A stretch of 64,000 nt of DNA from Podarcis bocagei (lineage: Eukaryota). Below, piece by piece: positions 12,360 through 24,229 of the stretch; the first letter of the stretch is position 1; each line of letters starts with the position of its first letter. The translations under genes and the position numbers were made by a program. The stretch lies in NCBI GenBank assembly GCA_964188305.1, contig OZ076901.1; one strand, given 5' to 3'. The notes under the pieces were generated by a model. It ran no database searches. It was not told where the DNA came from and saw only the letters and a list, made by a program, of their open reading frames with translations.

Positions 12360-15300
12360 TTAATTATCGTCGATTGATAAATTATTTAATCCCTGGCTGC
12401 TTTCGAAATAAATTAAAAATTTGTTCCATTCGTCTTTAAATTTAACTGTGTTATTTTGTCTTATTTTTTGGGTTAGTCTTGCTAGTTCAATATATTGATA
12501 TAACCTCAATTGCCACTCTCCGACCGTGGGCATATCAGAAGATTTCCATTTTTGTGCAATTAGAATTCTTGCCGCTGCCATAGCATATTGAACAAGGGTT
12601 TGATCTATTTTCTTTATTTCTTTACCAATCATTCCTAAAAGAAATAACTCAGGGGTTTTAAGAAAATTATATCTCAAAATTTTTTTCAATTCGTCATGTA
12701 TTTGCTTCCAGAATTCCTTCACCACCTCACAGGTCCACCAAAGATGGAAAAAGGTCCCGACCCTGTCCCTACACCTCCAACAGGTGTTATCAACATTATT
12801 ATACATTTTTCTTAACTTTACTGGGGTCAGATACCAGCGGTATACCATTTTCTCTAAGTTTTCACGTAATGCTACGCATGCTGTGAATTTTACACCTTTT
12901 GTCCACAGTATCTGCCAGTTTTTAAACTCTATATTATGTCCCAGGTCTTTTTCCCATTTTACCAACGCTCCCTTCATCAGGTCCTCCTTAGTGTCCCACT
13001 CCAAAAGGTGTTTGTACATTTTGGAGAGAAGTTTTTCATTACTCTCCAAAATTTCCACCTGAAACCTTGATTTTTTTCCACTAATACCCACTCTCTTGTG
13101 CTCAGCCCATAAAGCATTAATCTGATGGTAGAGCAGCCACTCTTTTATTCTATCTTTCAACTGCTCATAGGGCTTCATCTTCCATCCTGCATCTGTCTTC
13201 ACTAAAAGATCTTCATATGTGCATCTTTCATCAATCATGTTTATTCTCTTACTTCTAATAATATCAGTTGGTGACAGCCACCCTGGAATACCTTCTTCGA
13301 TCACTTTTTTATACCTTTTCCACACCTCTAGTAATGGGCCTCTAATTACATGGTTGGAGAAGCCTCTATGAGCTTCTCCTTTCTCTTGCCAAAGGTAGGC
13401 GTGCCACCCAAATCTTATATTAAAGCCCTCCAGGTCTAATAAATCTGTATTTTGGAGGGTGGCCCACTCCTTTATCCAGCATAAGCAGGATGCTTCATAA
13501 TATAACCTAATATTCGGGGCTGCAAAACCGCATCTCTCTCTTGAATCTGTCAAGTATTTAAACTTTATTCTGGCTCTCTTTCCCTGCCAGATGTACTTGG
13601 TCAGAGTTTTTTGCCAGTTCTTAAAGAAGGAGGTACCTTTAATGATCGGAATATTTTGGAATAGGAATAGTAGTCTCGGAAGGATGCACATCTTAATTGC
13701 AGACATTCTCCCTGTCCATGATAGTTTCAATCTGTGCCAGGTGTCCATGTCTTTTTTGATATCCTGCCAGGCCTTGCTATAATTGTCCTCAACCAAGTTT
13801 ATGTTTTTTGGTGAGAGCCAAATTCCCAAATATTTGACTTTATTCACGATTTTAATACCACTTTTTTCTTCTAATTGGATTTTATCCTGTTCTGTCATAT
13901 TCTTAGTTAGAATTTTCGTTTTTTTCCTATTTAATTTAAAGCCCGACAGTCTACCAAATTCCTCTAGGAGTTCTATTACCCTACTTGTACTGTCCACTGG
14001 GTTCTCCATGGACAGGACCAAGTCATCGGCGTAGGCTTTAAGCTTAAATTCCTTCTTTCCAATTTTTATCCCCCTCACATTTACTTCCTCTCTTATTCTA
14101 TTTGCAATTACTTCTAATATCATTATAAATAACAAGGGGGACAAAGGGCAGCCTTGCCTTGTGCCTTTCTTAATCTTGAAGGGTTTAGTCAAATTTTCAT
14201 TTATAATCAGCCTGGCCTGCTGCTCTGAATATATTGCCCTTATACCATTCATGTAGGGACCTTCAATCCCTGCCTTCTCCAGACATTGTAATAAGAATTC
14301 CCATGAGACATTATCAAAAGCCTTTTCGGCATCTATAAAGATCAGTGCTGCGGGGACGTCTATTCTCATATCCAAATATTCAATGATATCTACTATATGG
14401 CGAACGTTTTCCTTCTGGTGTCTGTTAGGAAGAAATCCTGCTTGATCTTTGTGTATGTACTTTATTAGGAGCTTCTTAAGTCTTCCGGCCATAATATCAG
14501 CATAGATCTTATAATCGTTATTAAGCAAAGAGATTGGTCTATAATTTTTTACATCTGTTTTTCCTTTCTCTGATTTTGGGATCAAAGTTATATAAGCCGT
14601 TTTCCACGACTCCGGGATCTTCCCTCCCTGGAGAATATTATTGATCACATCTTTAAGCACTGGGGCTAGGTACTCCCCTAATGTTTTATAATATTTTGCA
14701 GATAAGCCATCTGGGCCCGGGGCCTTCCCCATCTTCATCCTGCCAATGGCTTCCTTTATCTCATTTACTGTGATCTCCTTGTTCAGATGTATCCTATCCT
14801 CCTCAGTTATATAACTCCTCTCAATATGATCCAAATAGTTCTTAATTTCAACCCTATTTTCTCTTCCTCCTTCATACAACTTTTCAAAAAATTGGGTAAA
14901 CCTATTTTCTATCTCCTCTGGGTCTTCTATGATGTTATCCTCTATTATTATTTTATTTATCACATTTTGTTTCTTTCTTTTTCTTAACTGCCAAGCCAAT
15001 AGCTTCCCCATTTTATTTGCCGATTCGAAATATCTTTGCTTTGCGAATTTAATTTTCCACTCTATCTCTTGATTTAATATTGCCGAATATTGGGATTGAA
15101 GCACCCTAGAGGCTCGAATGGCATCATCATCTGTTGGGTTTATAACCAATTTTCTCTCATAATTTCTCAATTGAGAGAGAATGTCCTCTTTCTTACGATC
15201 CCTTACTTTTTTTCTATAACTGTTTTGCTGTATTAGGCAGCCCCTCAGCACCGCCTTGCTGGCGTCCCAGACCACGTCTATAGGGGTTTCTTTGTTCAGG

Positions 15301-16121
15301 TTTAAAACTAGATATTCTTTTAGGGTGCCTTTAATTTTTTCCCTCACCTCTTCGTTATCAAATAGGTTCTCACACATTCTCCACCTATATTGTCCCTTCA
15401 CTTCATTTTTTATTTCCATATCTAGGGCACAGTGGTCAGATATTGTCCTGGGATAAATTTTACAGCTCTTCACCCTCATCGAAAGTGTTCTTGTTATCCA
15501 AATCTGGTCAATTCTACCCCAGCTCTTGTGGGGTTCGGAATAGTGGGTAAACTGTTTAAGGGAGGGGTTTTTGTGCCTCCAAATATCAATTAAATCAAAA
15601 TTTCCTTCCATATCATCAAAAGATTTCGGCAATTTCCCCCTGGCCTGTTTTCCCTTCTTATCACTCCTGTCCAAATCCAGTATCGGGACACCATTCATAT
15701 CCCCAAGCAGGACTAGTTTGTGGACTTCCAGTTCTAATAACATGCTTTCAAGCTTCTCAAAAAACTCTGCTCTGTTTGAATTCGGTGCATATACCGTCAC
15801 AACATTGATTTTCTCCCCCCGGAAATTTAATTGAACCCCTAGAATTCTTCCATCCTCATCTTTACATATCAGGGTCGGTTCCCACTTCTCTTTAACATAT
15901 ATTACTACTCCTCTTTTTTTTTTCTCATCAGAATTTATAAAGTCTACTCCTAACCTTTTATTCCCCAGGATGTGTTTATGCTTCTTAGCGATATGAGTTT
16001 CCTGAAAGCAAATTACATCATACTTTTTATTTTTCACAGCTTTTTCAACTTTATTCCTTTTAACCTTATCGTTCAACCCATTTACATTCCAGGATAAAAA
16101 TTTTAATGTGTGTGTTATTAT
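12360..16121 (-). CDS. L1 ORF2p (APE endonuclease, RT, CCHC)
   Basis: SWNVNG, FQETH, GDMN, RIDQIW, SDH (EN); GTRQGCPLSP, YADD (RT); CWRC...HLWWTC. The frame is open from 16121, upstream of the tracked TTG at 16076. Confidence 0.95.
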   Translation of the reverse strand: MITHTLKFLSWNVNGLNDKVKRNKVEKAVKNKKYDVICFQETHIAKKHKHILGNKRLGVDFINSDEKKKRGVVIYVKEKWEPTLICKDEDGRILGVQLNFRGEKINVVTVYAPNSNRAEFFEKLESMLLELEVHKLVLLGDMNGVPILDLDRSDKKGKQARGKLPKSFDDMEGNFDLIDIWRHKNPSLKQFTHYSEPHKSWGRIDQIWITRTLSMRVKSCKIYPRTISDHCALDMEIKNEVKGQYRWRMCENLFDNEEVREKIKGTLKEYLVLNLNKETPIDVVWDASKAVLRGCLIQQNSYRKKVRDRKKEDILSQLRNYERKLVINPTDDDAIRASRVLQSQYSAILNQEIEWKIKFAKQRYFESANKMGKLLAWQLRKRKKQNVINKIIIEDNIIEDPEEIENRFTQFFEKLYEGGRENRVEIKNYLDHIERSYITEEDRIHLNKEITVNEIKEAIGRMKMGKAPGPDGLSAKYYKTLGEYLAPVLKDVINNILQGGKIPESWKTAYITLIPKSEKGKTDVKNYRPISLLNNDYKIYADIMAGRLKKLLIKYIHKDQAGFLPNRHQKENVRHIVDIIEYLDMRIDVPAALIFIDAEKAFDNVSWEFLLQCLEKAGIEGPYMNGIRAIYSEQQARLIINENLTKPFKIKKGTRQGCPLSPLLFIMILEVIANRIREEVNVRGIKIGKKEFKLKAYADDLVLSMENPVDSTSRVIELLEEFGRLSGFKLNRKKTKILTKNMTEQDKIQLEEKSGIKIVNKVKYLGIWLSPKNINLVEDNYSKAWQDIKKDMDTWHRLKLSWTGRMSAIKMCILPRLLFLFQNIPIIKGTSFFKNWQKTLTKYIWQGKRARIKFKYLTDSRERCGFAAPNIRLYYEASCLCWIKEWATLQNTDLLDLEGFNIRFGWHAYLWQEKGEAHRGFSNHVIRGPLLEVWKRYKKVIEEGIPGWLSPTDIIRSKRINMIDERCTYEDLLVKTDAGWKMKPYEQLKDRIKEWLLYHQINALWAEHKRVGISGKKSRFQVEILESNEKLLSKMYKHLLEWDTKEDLMKGALVKWEKDLGHNIEFKNWQILWTKGVKFTACVALRENLEKMVYRWYLTPVKLRKMYNNVDNTCWRCRDRVGTFFHLWWTCEVVKEFWKQIHDELKKILRYNFLKTPELFLLGMIGKEIKKIDQTLVQYAMAAARILIAQKWKSSDMPTVGEWQLRLYQYIELARLTQKIRQNNTVKFKDEWNKFLIYFESSQGLNNLSIDDN

Positions 16122-16169
16122 TTACCTTTGTCTGTTTCTGAACCTTCAACCGGACTTGCGGGCTATAGT

Positions 16170-17216
16170 CTAAACGCCTTTGTTTCCTGAGGCCTCCCCC
16201 TCTTCAGCCGTCTCCTCTCCCACTACGGCCTCATCATCATCTTCCTCTGAATCTCCTACCCCCTCCCTTACTCCCCCCCTTTCCTCCTGTCTGCCCCTTA
16301 ATTCCCCTTCCTCCTCTTCCTCTCTATTCCTCGCTCTATTCTCTACCTTTCCCAAATCTTTTTCATATCTTCTAAAAAACTTATCCGCCTCCTGTATGTC
16401 CAACAACCTAAACTTTTTCTCTTTATAAAAAAAGCTAATCCCCTCTGGGAATTCCCATCGGAATGGGACCCCGTTTCTCTTCAGTACTGCTGCCACTTGT
16501 TTATAGCCTTCTCTTTTGCGAAGCAGCCTCACTGGTATCTCTTTATAAATAATAATAGGTCTTCCATCAATTCTTAATCTATTATTATAGCTCTTTCTTA
16601 AGATTATATTTTTCATTTCCAAAGAATTGAAAATCACCAGGCAGTCCCCCAGGAATTTGCTTGCTTTCAGATGTTTAGGCTTAGTCATTCTAAATACGTT
16701 ATCTACGGTGGAAGCCATCTCCTCCTCCTTTAAACCTAGCCAATTGGAAAGTTCTTTAATCATCTTCCCTCTTATATCCTCATTTCTGTCCTCCATTACT
16801 CCCCTGAATTTAAGATGGAGTTGTTTTAACCTCATGTCTGCCATGGCTAGGTTATCCCAGATCTTCTCTTGGGAATTACTCAGCTCCCCCAGCTCTTCTT
16901 TTACCTTCATTGTCTCCTTTTTTTGTTCCCTCATCTCTTTCTGCAGCTTTTTATTAGATTCCTCAATCATTTTGGACTTTGCGGAAAGATCTTGAATTTT
17001 GGTAGAGAGTTCACCAACTGCTCCTTCTATTTTCCTATCAATCCTCTCCTGTATCTCTCCCAATTTGTTTTCCATATATATTGCATTTTGCTTAAATTCC
17101 TCTTTTATTCTGGCCCACAAATTATCTAGGTCTTTGATTTCCTCCTGTCTCGACATTTTTCTTTCTCCCGGGGTCCCACCCCCTTTCTTCGAATCTTTTC
17201 CATCCTTTCCCATCAT
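16170..17216 (-). CDS. L1 ORF1p (348 aa)
   Basis: Coiled-coil heptads, then RRM-like (LKFRGVME...VFRM...LVIF) and CTD-like (FRWEFPEGISF) regions; upstream of ORF2. Confidence 0.9.
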   Translation of the reverse strand: MMGKDGKDSKKGGGTPGERKMSRQEEIKDLDNLWARIKEEFKQNAIYMENKLGEIQERIDRKIEGAVGELSTKIQDLSAKSKMIEESNKKLQKEMREQKKETMKVKEELGELSNSQEKIWDNLAMADMRLKQLHLKFRGVMEDRNEDIRGKMIKELSNWLGLKEEEMASTVDNVFRMTKPKHLKASKFLGDCLVIFNSLEMKNIILRKSYNNRLRIDGRPIIIYKEIPVRLLRKREGYKQVAAVLKRNGVPFRWEFPEGISFFYKEKKFRLLDIQEADKFFRRYEKDLGKVENRARNREEEEEGELRGRQEERGGVREGVGDSEEDDDEAVVGEETAEEGEASGNKGV

Positions 17217-18954
17217 TTCCTCTTATCACCACCTAGAGATTCGCTTCTACCTTCAGCCCCACCCCTGTTTCCTACCCTTTTCAACCTTCCAATTACACAC
17301 AATTAAGAACAAAAAATTGTCAATGGTAAGAGAGAAAGAAAAAAAGAGAAAAGAGGGGAAAAGGACCAATTCCAAACCAGGTCAGGCAACTGCCTCAAGT
17401 AGAGGTCCAAACTTAAACTTCAGAACACCCAGGTAGAGGTCCTATACACAGTTCAACATAGCAGTTTATATAGTCCAGCAAGAGGGTTTGAGGGGGGGGG
17501 CATGAAATCAAGCCTTCCCCACTTCTGTGAGTCTCTTACTTCACTCCTTACCAGTCCAGTTCCCCAGCCCGCTTTGTTTCGAAATGGCAGAAGTTTAGTA
17601 GTCCAGCAAATAAACTTGAAGATGTTTAATCCTGTTTAGTCCACTTTTATAGTTATAGATATAAATATAGTTCAAATTATAATTATGGTCCGGATTGTAG
17701 TCAGTATCCAGAAAGGTTCGGATTCCAGATACAGCAGCTGGTATCCCAATCAATTTATGAATCACCAGTTAGGCACCATATCACCTTCTTTTGTTTTTAA
17801 AATCCCTTGTCCAGCTCCAGCCACCCAGAGATATCCTTCCAGAGAGGGTGGGGGACAAATGCGGGGAAGGGAAGCGAGGCCGCAAAAGCAGGATATAACC
17901 ACAGTTACAGAGACTTTAAGGTCCTCTCGCCCTAAGCCTCCTGTACCCACTATCACCGTCTCCTCCTCTGCCTGCCACCGTCCTTCCTCCCGAGTCGTCC
18001 TTAAACTCCTTCCAATGGTGCCTTAGGCAATTAGTCGCCCCAGGTCTTAGACAAACAGACCGCAAAGCCGTAAAACCGCAAAAACAACCCCAAAAAACAA
18101 GCTGAAAAACACACCAGGGTCCAGTTAATCCTTAATATCCACTGCTGTCCTTTCTTTAGTCCTCATAACAGGTTATTCTTACTCAAACAAACTTTCCAAA
18201 AACTCCTTACGTCATCGACTTTCCGCTGCGCCATTTTATATCCTCCACCGTACGAACTCCCAAAGGCAATCCTAACACCTCCAGGAACCACCCAGCTTCA
18301 CAAGTAGCTTTCGCCTTGCACACAGCGTTTTGTATAAAAGTAAACAAAAACGCCTTAAAAAAACGCTGGAGGGTCCCGTTCCTTTCTTAAGGCGGCCCGT
18401 CGCTTCTTCCCGCTGGAGCTCAGGGCGTCGCTCTGCAGAGTCGTCACAGCCCCAATTCGCGCTCGCGGTCCTCGCTAACTCCTCGTACCAGACTCAGGAG
18501 AACGGTGCGACCGCTTCCGCGCTGCTGGGGCTCCTTCCCCTAAGGGTACCCCCCTTAGGGTTTTGGGGTGCGCTTCGCCCTGACGTCTCCCCAATCCTCT
18601 GCAGAGCCCAGAAAACCGGGAGCAGGTTTCCCGTGCTTCTTCGCTGGGCGCGACCGGAACCGGAAGTCATCTCTTGATCTACAACAGAATGCTTTAATTT
18701 ACTTCAGATGTGCAAACCTAAAGTTTTGTTATGCATTTGAATTCCTCCCACAAAATATTGGCTGTCTGGAGGCACTCAGTGTTAGTTTTGCTGCAGAAGG
18801 CGAAGTCTACCCTTCCAGAATTCCAGGAGGGGAAAGTCCTGTTAATCCTTAGGATGCCACATTTTTCTGTGTTGCTTTCAGTGCCACAATTGAACAGATT
18901 TATTGTGACATCATGGACTGCAGGCCATATCAGATGGCACACAGACTGTTATCC

Positions 18955-19165
18955 TAGGGTTGCAATATTTCAAAAAGTAAAAACCAAGACACCCCAAAAG
19001 TTATTGAGCTACACACACACAAAAATGCCCCCCAAAAAGTGATTTTCCTATTGACTTGTCAAAGATCCATGGCAAAGCGCACCTTTCGGAAATTCTCCCC
19101 GGACATCAATTCCACCTTTGAAAACCCACTAATATCCAGGAAAATCCAGACATATGGCAGCCCTA
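18955..19165. mobile_element. hAT (Blackjack-like) MITE
   Basis: TIR TAGGGTTGC/GCAGCCCTA; perfect 8-bp TSD TGTTATCC. Confidence 0.85.
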
Positions 19166-19671
19166 TGTTATCCTCAACAGACAGAAGGAGACAGTGGAAT
19201 GAAAATCATCAGACCAAAATGGTATGTAATGCAAGAGGTGCATGGACGTCTGCGATATTTATATGCAAAGCATATATGTATACAAGATAAACACAGCGAG
19301 GATTCTCAACATCAGTGGTTTGGCGATAACACAATCATCTTAGCTTTGCTATGATAATTCAACATTGGTAGCAGGGGATAAATCCATGGTTTTGATTGGA
19401 ATCTTAATGGATTCAAGACTCTTGTTCAACAATTTCATACTGAGTGCCCTCTTTTGAAGGTTTTTGTGTGCTTGCTTTAGGGTGGTAATTTCAGGGTCAG
19501 CCGCAGAGATTCAACAACAAGAGCACTTTGCAAGGTTTTGGAAATGAAGAAAGCATTTGGGCTTCAGTCCTATGCCCACTTACCTGGGAGTAAGTCCCAT
19601 GAACTCAATGGGTAGCCATGCATAGATTGCACTGTGAGTGTATCAAAAAATGTCCTCTTATGATGATTTGT

Positions 19672-19717
<46 letters not shown>

Positions 19718-20419
19718 CAACAACAACACCCTGCCCATTTGGCTGGGTTTCTCCAGCTCCTCTGGGCAGCTTCCAGCACATATAAAAACCCTGTAAAACA
19801 TTTCAAATGGGTAGCTGGTATCTTTGATGCATTTTTTTTAAAAAAAGGTTGCTTGAGTTATTGTTCCCATATTTTGAAGAGCAAAAAAGGGGACACATTT
19901 GCTGACTTCTACTTTTAACCAAGGATCAATATGATGACTCTACCCATGAAAAAGAGGATGTGTTCTGGGAAAAGAGGACATATGTCAACCCCAATTGTGA
20001 AATTTGTCAGGTGGACATTTCATATCCTATCACTCCCATCATGGATCTTAGAGGTAAAAAAATAGATTATTATTGAGCCCAGGACTCAAAGCACATTCAC
20101 ACATGCAATATGTGCAATATGGGTTAACCCCTCCCCTAGTCACTCTCAGCTGAATGAGTGCAGTAAATCCACTGAAAAGGACTGGAGTTGAGGTGATGTG
20201 TGTGATATGGAAGTCCTATCAATGGCATTTCATCTGTGATTACCCCTTCAACAGAGAATTTGTCCCTTGACCTTGCAGTGAATTGATGTGCACGTGTGAA
20301 CTCACCCTGACATAGCTGCCTAAGTTGCCAACTATCCAAGAAAACCGACCCAAACTGGCGTGCTCCAGAGTTTCCAAGCTTAACAGCTGCTCTTCTGGAA
20401 TCTACATCATGATGTCTCT

Positions 20420-20585
20420 TTTGCTTTTAAAAGACAACTGAAGGCGGCCCTGTTTAGGGAAGTTTTTAATGTCTGACGCTGTATTGTTTTTAATATTTGG
20501 TTGGAAGCCGCCCAGAGTGTCTGGGGAAACCCAGCCAGATGGGCAGGGTATAAATAACAAATTATTATTATATATTATTATTATC
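20420..20585 (+). mobile_element. L2 3' end (short); a similar short piece on - at about 19673-19800
   Basis: Matches the terminal 160 bp of the other L2 copies (cccagagtg...cccagccagatgggcagggtataaataa). Confidence 0.75.
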
Positions 20586-21082
20586 ATGGCTAGTAGCCAA
20601 GTTCCAGCAATGCACTGCATGAAGAAGTACTTTCTTTTATCTGTCCTGATTCTTCCAGCATTCATGCACACATGCATGCACACAAGGTTGTAAGGAGGGG
20701 GATTGTAAGCAACTGGGATCAGAGGAAAATGAAATGCAGGGAGAACAGTGACAATTCAATTAGAGCCAGAATGTATTGAAAATAAGCACAAAAGCAGTGT
20801 TAAGTGATAAAATAAAAATGGCAGTGCTGAGTTACTCAACATCTTTACAGGGGAAGGAAACCATTTGTCTGTTCAGACCGCTATATCTTTATACAAAGAA
20901 TTATATGACACAAAAGGAAAAAATGATTGGGAAGGAAGAGGAAGTGAAACTCGAGCACTATTTCTTGGTTACGTGGCGCTTTGTTAAACTATGGAACTTC
21001 CTACCACAATATGTAGTGATAGCCACCAGCTCTGACAACTTGAAAGGGGAATTAGAAAGATAAGGCTATCCACACCTACTAG

Positions 21083-22099
21083 TGTAGCACCCTGCTTGTG
21101 GTTAACGCTTAGCTGGAATGAAATATTCAACGCAGCAATAGAGAAATTAAAATAATAATTTATTTGTCAGACAAATAAATGAGAGACACAGTGGTATATG
21201 GTTACCAATGCTCTGCCCCTCCAGCCCTGATGGCCAGCACTTATATTCCCTCAGCCCAGCCCCCTTGCTCCTCCTTTGACTGTCTCTGTCCAATCAGCCT
21301 GGTTGAAATTCCTATTGACTGTTTGCTAGAACCAATCATAAAAGATACACCCATTTCCTATTACCTTTTATGGGAGACAAAGAGCTATATTTCCTTCTAT
21401 CTATAAATGGCAAACAAGTAGCCATATATCTTACATTTACCTCGACCAGGCACCTTAATTATCAGATTATCTTTGGCCTATTGCCCTATTGCCCTATTCA
21501 CTGCAAAACAGATGGCTAATTGTTCTAATTTTATCTTAAACAGAGATCTTGGGTTCACCTTCTCACACACCATCAATGAAATAAGAATCTAACATAAGAA
21601 TCTAACATTTCTTACTTTCTAAATCCTTTGCATAATTACATTTAAGCCAATATATTTCATACATAACATATATAGATTTTTAGAAGAAAAGGAACTTAGA
21701 GAACTTAGAGAATTTAGCTTTTACTAAGTTCTCTGAAGCTTCAAAGCAGCTTCAGAGAGCAGCCTCTTTCCCTAGTCCAGCTGCTGTTTCTATTTGCCCT
21801 TTTAACCTTATGAAAATGTGGCTCAAGTTTTAATGGGAGGCACAATAATTCTTACTATTTACCAATTCTTAATTGTGTCTTTGCAGCTTGATTGTATTCT
21901 GTAATTTGTATAGTCAGTGTGACCTTTTGCTCCTAGCCTGTAATTTCCTTTTACAACCCTGAGGCACTTGCTTAAACAGGGGCCCTTGAACAGCTGCCAG
22001 CTGCTTTATGCCTGGCATGAGAGAATGAGAGATACAAACATTTACAAATATATATTTTTAAGCTCATTTTAAAAATGCAGGTCTTCATCAGATGCCTCA
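21083..22099 (-). mobile_element. Solo LTR (about 1 kb)
   Basis: TG...CA ends, 4-bp TSD CTAG (21079-21082 and 22100-22103), two CCAAT boxes, TATA-like TATAAG and AATAAA in order on -. Interrupts an older repeat. Confidence 0.75.
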
Positions 22100-23049
22100 C
22101 TAGTCATAATGAATATATATTGCCACCAGTATCAGAGGCCATATGCTGCTGAACACCAGCCATCAAGATGTCTCTTTGGAAGAAGATGTGGTCAAGGTCT
22201 ATGGCTCCCTGATCCCTGAGCCTTGTGGTGAGGCTGAGCTATTAACCTAACATCACATTTTAATTTCATCTGCTGATGCTGCTTCAAGTCCAATCAGAGT
22301 TCAAAGAGTTCAGAGCCAGGACATGTTTGCTGCATCTGCTCAGGAGCCCAGGAAAGATTTATGAGAGGTGTGCATTGTTATGGCACCTGGCTGACAACCC
22401 TTTTGTTAGGTGAATTGCGGTTAATAGCTGGGGACAATTGGATTAATGCTTCACCTGGGAGAATTGCATTAAGAGGTGGAGTCCTATCAGCTGGGGATCT
22501 CTCAGTAGTGTCTTGAAGAAGACAGGCAAAGGAGCAAGGAGAAAGTGACAGTTCAAGGGAAAGACTGGGAGACAAGAAAAGGTAAGATTTTGACTGGAGC
22601 CAATGCTGGGGTCGAGCACTGGAGCCAGTTGTCTGTGAATCTGAAGCAGAACTGATAGCAGCTGACCACACTCTCTGCTTTGAAGAGTCTCCTTGCCCCA
22701 TTGTGTGCATACCTACAAAGTATTTATCACAAAGGCAAGGCACCATCACTTTCTAGAATGCTTCAACCACAGGCAAGACCTTAGAGAGCAGGGTCCCTGC
22801 CCCTCAGAAGTGGTGAGTGTGTGACAATATTTCACTTTCTTTCTGGGAATGAAAGCACCATTCGCATCCACCATGAAGGGGCTCTCTGGAGAACTTTAGA
22901 GCAGATGTTTATGGGGTAGGTGAGGACAGGGGTGGAAGCGAGCAGGACAATCTGCTCCTTTGTTAAAGTTTGCTTATTTACTATATTTCTGAAAATATTT
23001 ATAACCCAGTGTTCAGAGCAGTTTACAACAGTTATACATACACTGTAAA

Positions 23050-23106
23050 GTGTGTGTGTGTGTGTGTGTGTGTCTGTGTGTGTCTGTGTGTGTGTGTGTG
23101 TGTGTG
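23050..23106. repeat. (GT)n microsatellite
   Basis: Seen directly. Confidence 0.95.
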
Positions 23107-23198
23107 CACGCGCGCTTTAATCCAGACTCTAGCCCTAGCCAGCTCCACTCCCTTGACCAGAAGAGAGACAGCGGCAGGAGGGCTTCCTTCCCCTAGAA

Positions 23199-23333
23199 CA
23201 GGCATAGGCAAACTCGGCCCTCCAGATGTTTTGGGACTGCAATTCCCACTATCCCTGATCACTGGTCCTGTTAGCTAGGGATCATGGGAGCTGTAGTCCA
23301 AAAACATCTGGAGGGCCAAGGTTGCCTATGCCT
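23199..23333. mobile_element. Palindromic 135-bp hAT-like MITE
   Basis: CAGGCATAGGCAAACTCGGCCCTCCAGATG... whole-element inverted repeat; TSD c(c/t)ctagaa. Confidence 0.82.
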
Positions 23334-24229
23334 ACTCTAGAAGCAGCCAGGCTGCCTGCAGCTGCACCCATGTCCTTGAAAGGAGCAATATCTGCAAAGC
23401 ATAATAAAGCAAAGCACAATAAGAAGAGTTCTGCGTGCATTCTTAATTGCCTGCATAAGCCTGGCAGAATAGGGGGGGGGGGGAATTAGTAGGCATTTAA
23501 AAGTTGAAACAGAAGGCACCTGCTGAATATCTATTGGCAGAGTATTTCACAAGCAGGGCCAATAACACTAAAGGCTCAGTTCCTTGTTGTCAAATGAGTC
23601 TTGCCCACTTGGGAAACGACCAACGACATGCCTCCTGAGTATGATCTCCGTGATCAACCTGGGATATAAGGTTCTAGGAGATCCCTGAGGTATCCTGGAC
23701 CTAAGTTGTTCAGGGCTTTGTAAATTAATAAAAATTCAGAGGATAACATCACAGATGTCTGAAGCATCAAACTTGGGAGCGTTCTGTGAAGGATAGGGCA
23801 TGAAGTAGGGAGAGCAGAGAATTCCAGCGAAAAGAGAAATGGGAACGGAAATTGCCAGTGTTCACTTCTTTGTCCCATACCTGGAACATAAATCAATCCA
23901 GAGAATACAAGCAGTATTCACTGTCGTCGTTGCTTTCAGTCCACAAATGATATGTAAGACATTGTGTCATTGTCCCCGCATTTGTATTGCATTTCATTTG
24001 CATTGAAATGATAATATAATGACAAGATAAATCTATGTAATTAATGATGTGGCTTAGGACATGAATAGCATCATTTTGCCATAAAGAACAGAGAGTTGAT
24101 TTTTGCCAGAAGATGAACTGCAGCTGCATGGAGGAAGTGCTGCATGCGATGAATACAGGGCAGAATGGGAAACAATGCTTTCTTACTTCCATAGTATGGA
24201 GAAAGAGAGAGAGAGAGAGAGAGAGAGAT

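Larger units (their letters stand above)
12085..18679 (-). mobile_element. Full-length L1 (LINE-1 clade) retrotransposon, about 6.6 kb
   Basis: Perfect 17-bp TSD TACAACAGAATGCTTTA (12068-12084 and 18680-18696). CpG-rich 5'UTR, ORF1, ORF2, AATAAA (12107-12112) and A12 tail. Confidence 0.97.

Noticed and set aside
12784-17436. Plus-strand ORFs over the L1
   Set aside because: Antisense shadows of the A-rich L1 coding strand.
18330-18677. Antisense ORF in the L1 5'UTR as an ORF0 analogue
   Set aside because: Starts at TTG in GC-rich sequence; no supporting features.
22224-22826. Possible additional solo LTR (TG...CA)
   Set aside because: No target-site duplication or clear poly(A) signal found.
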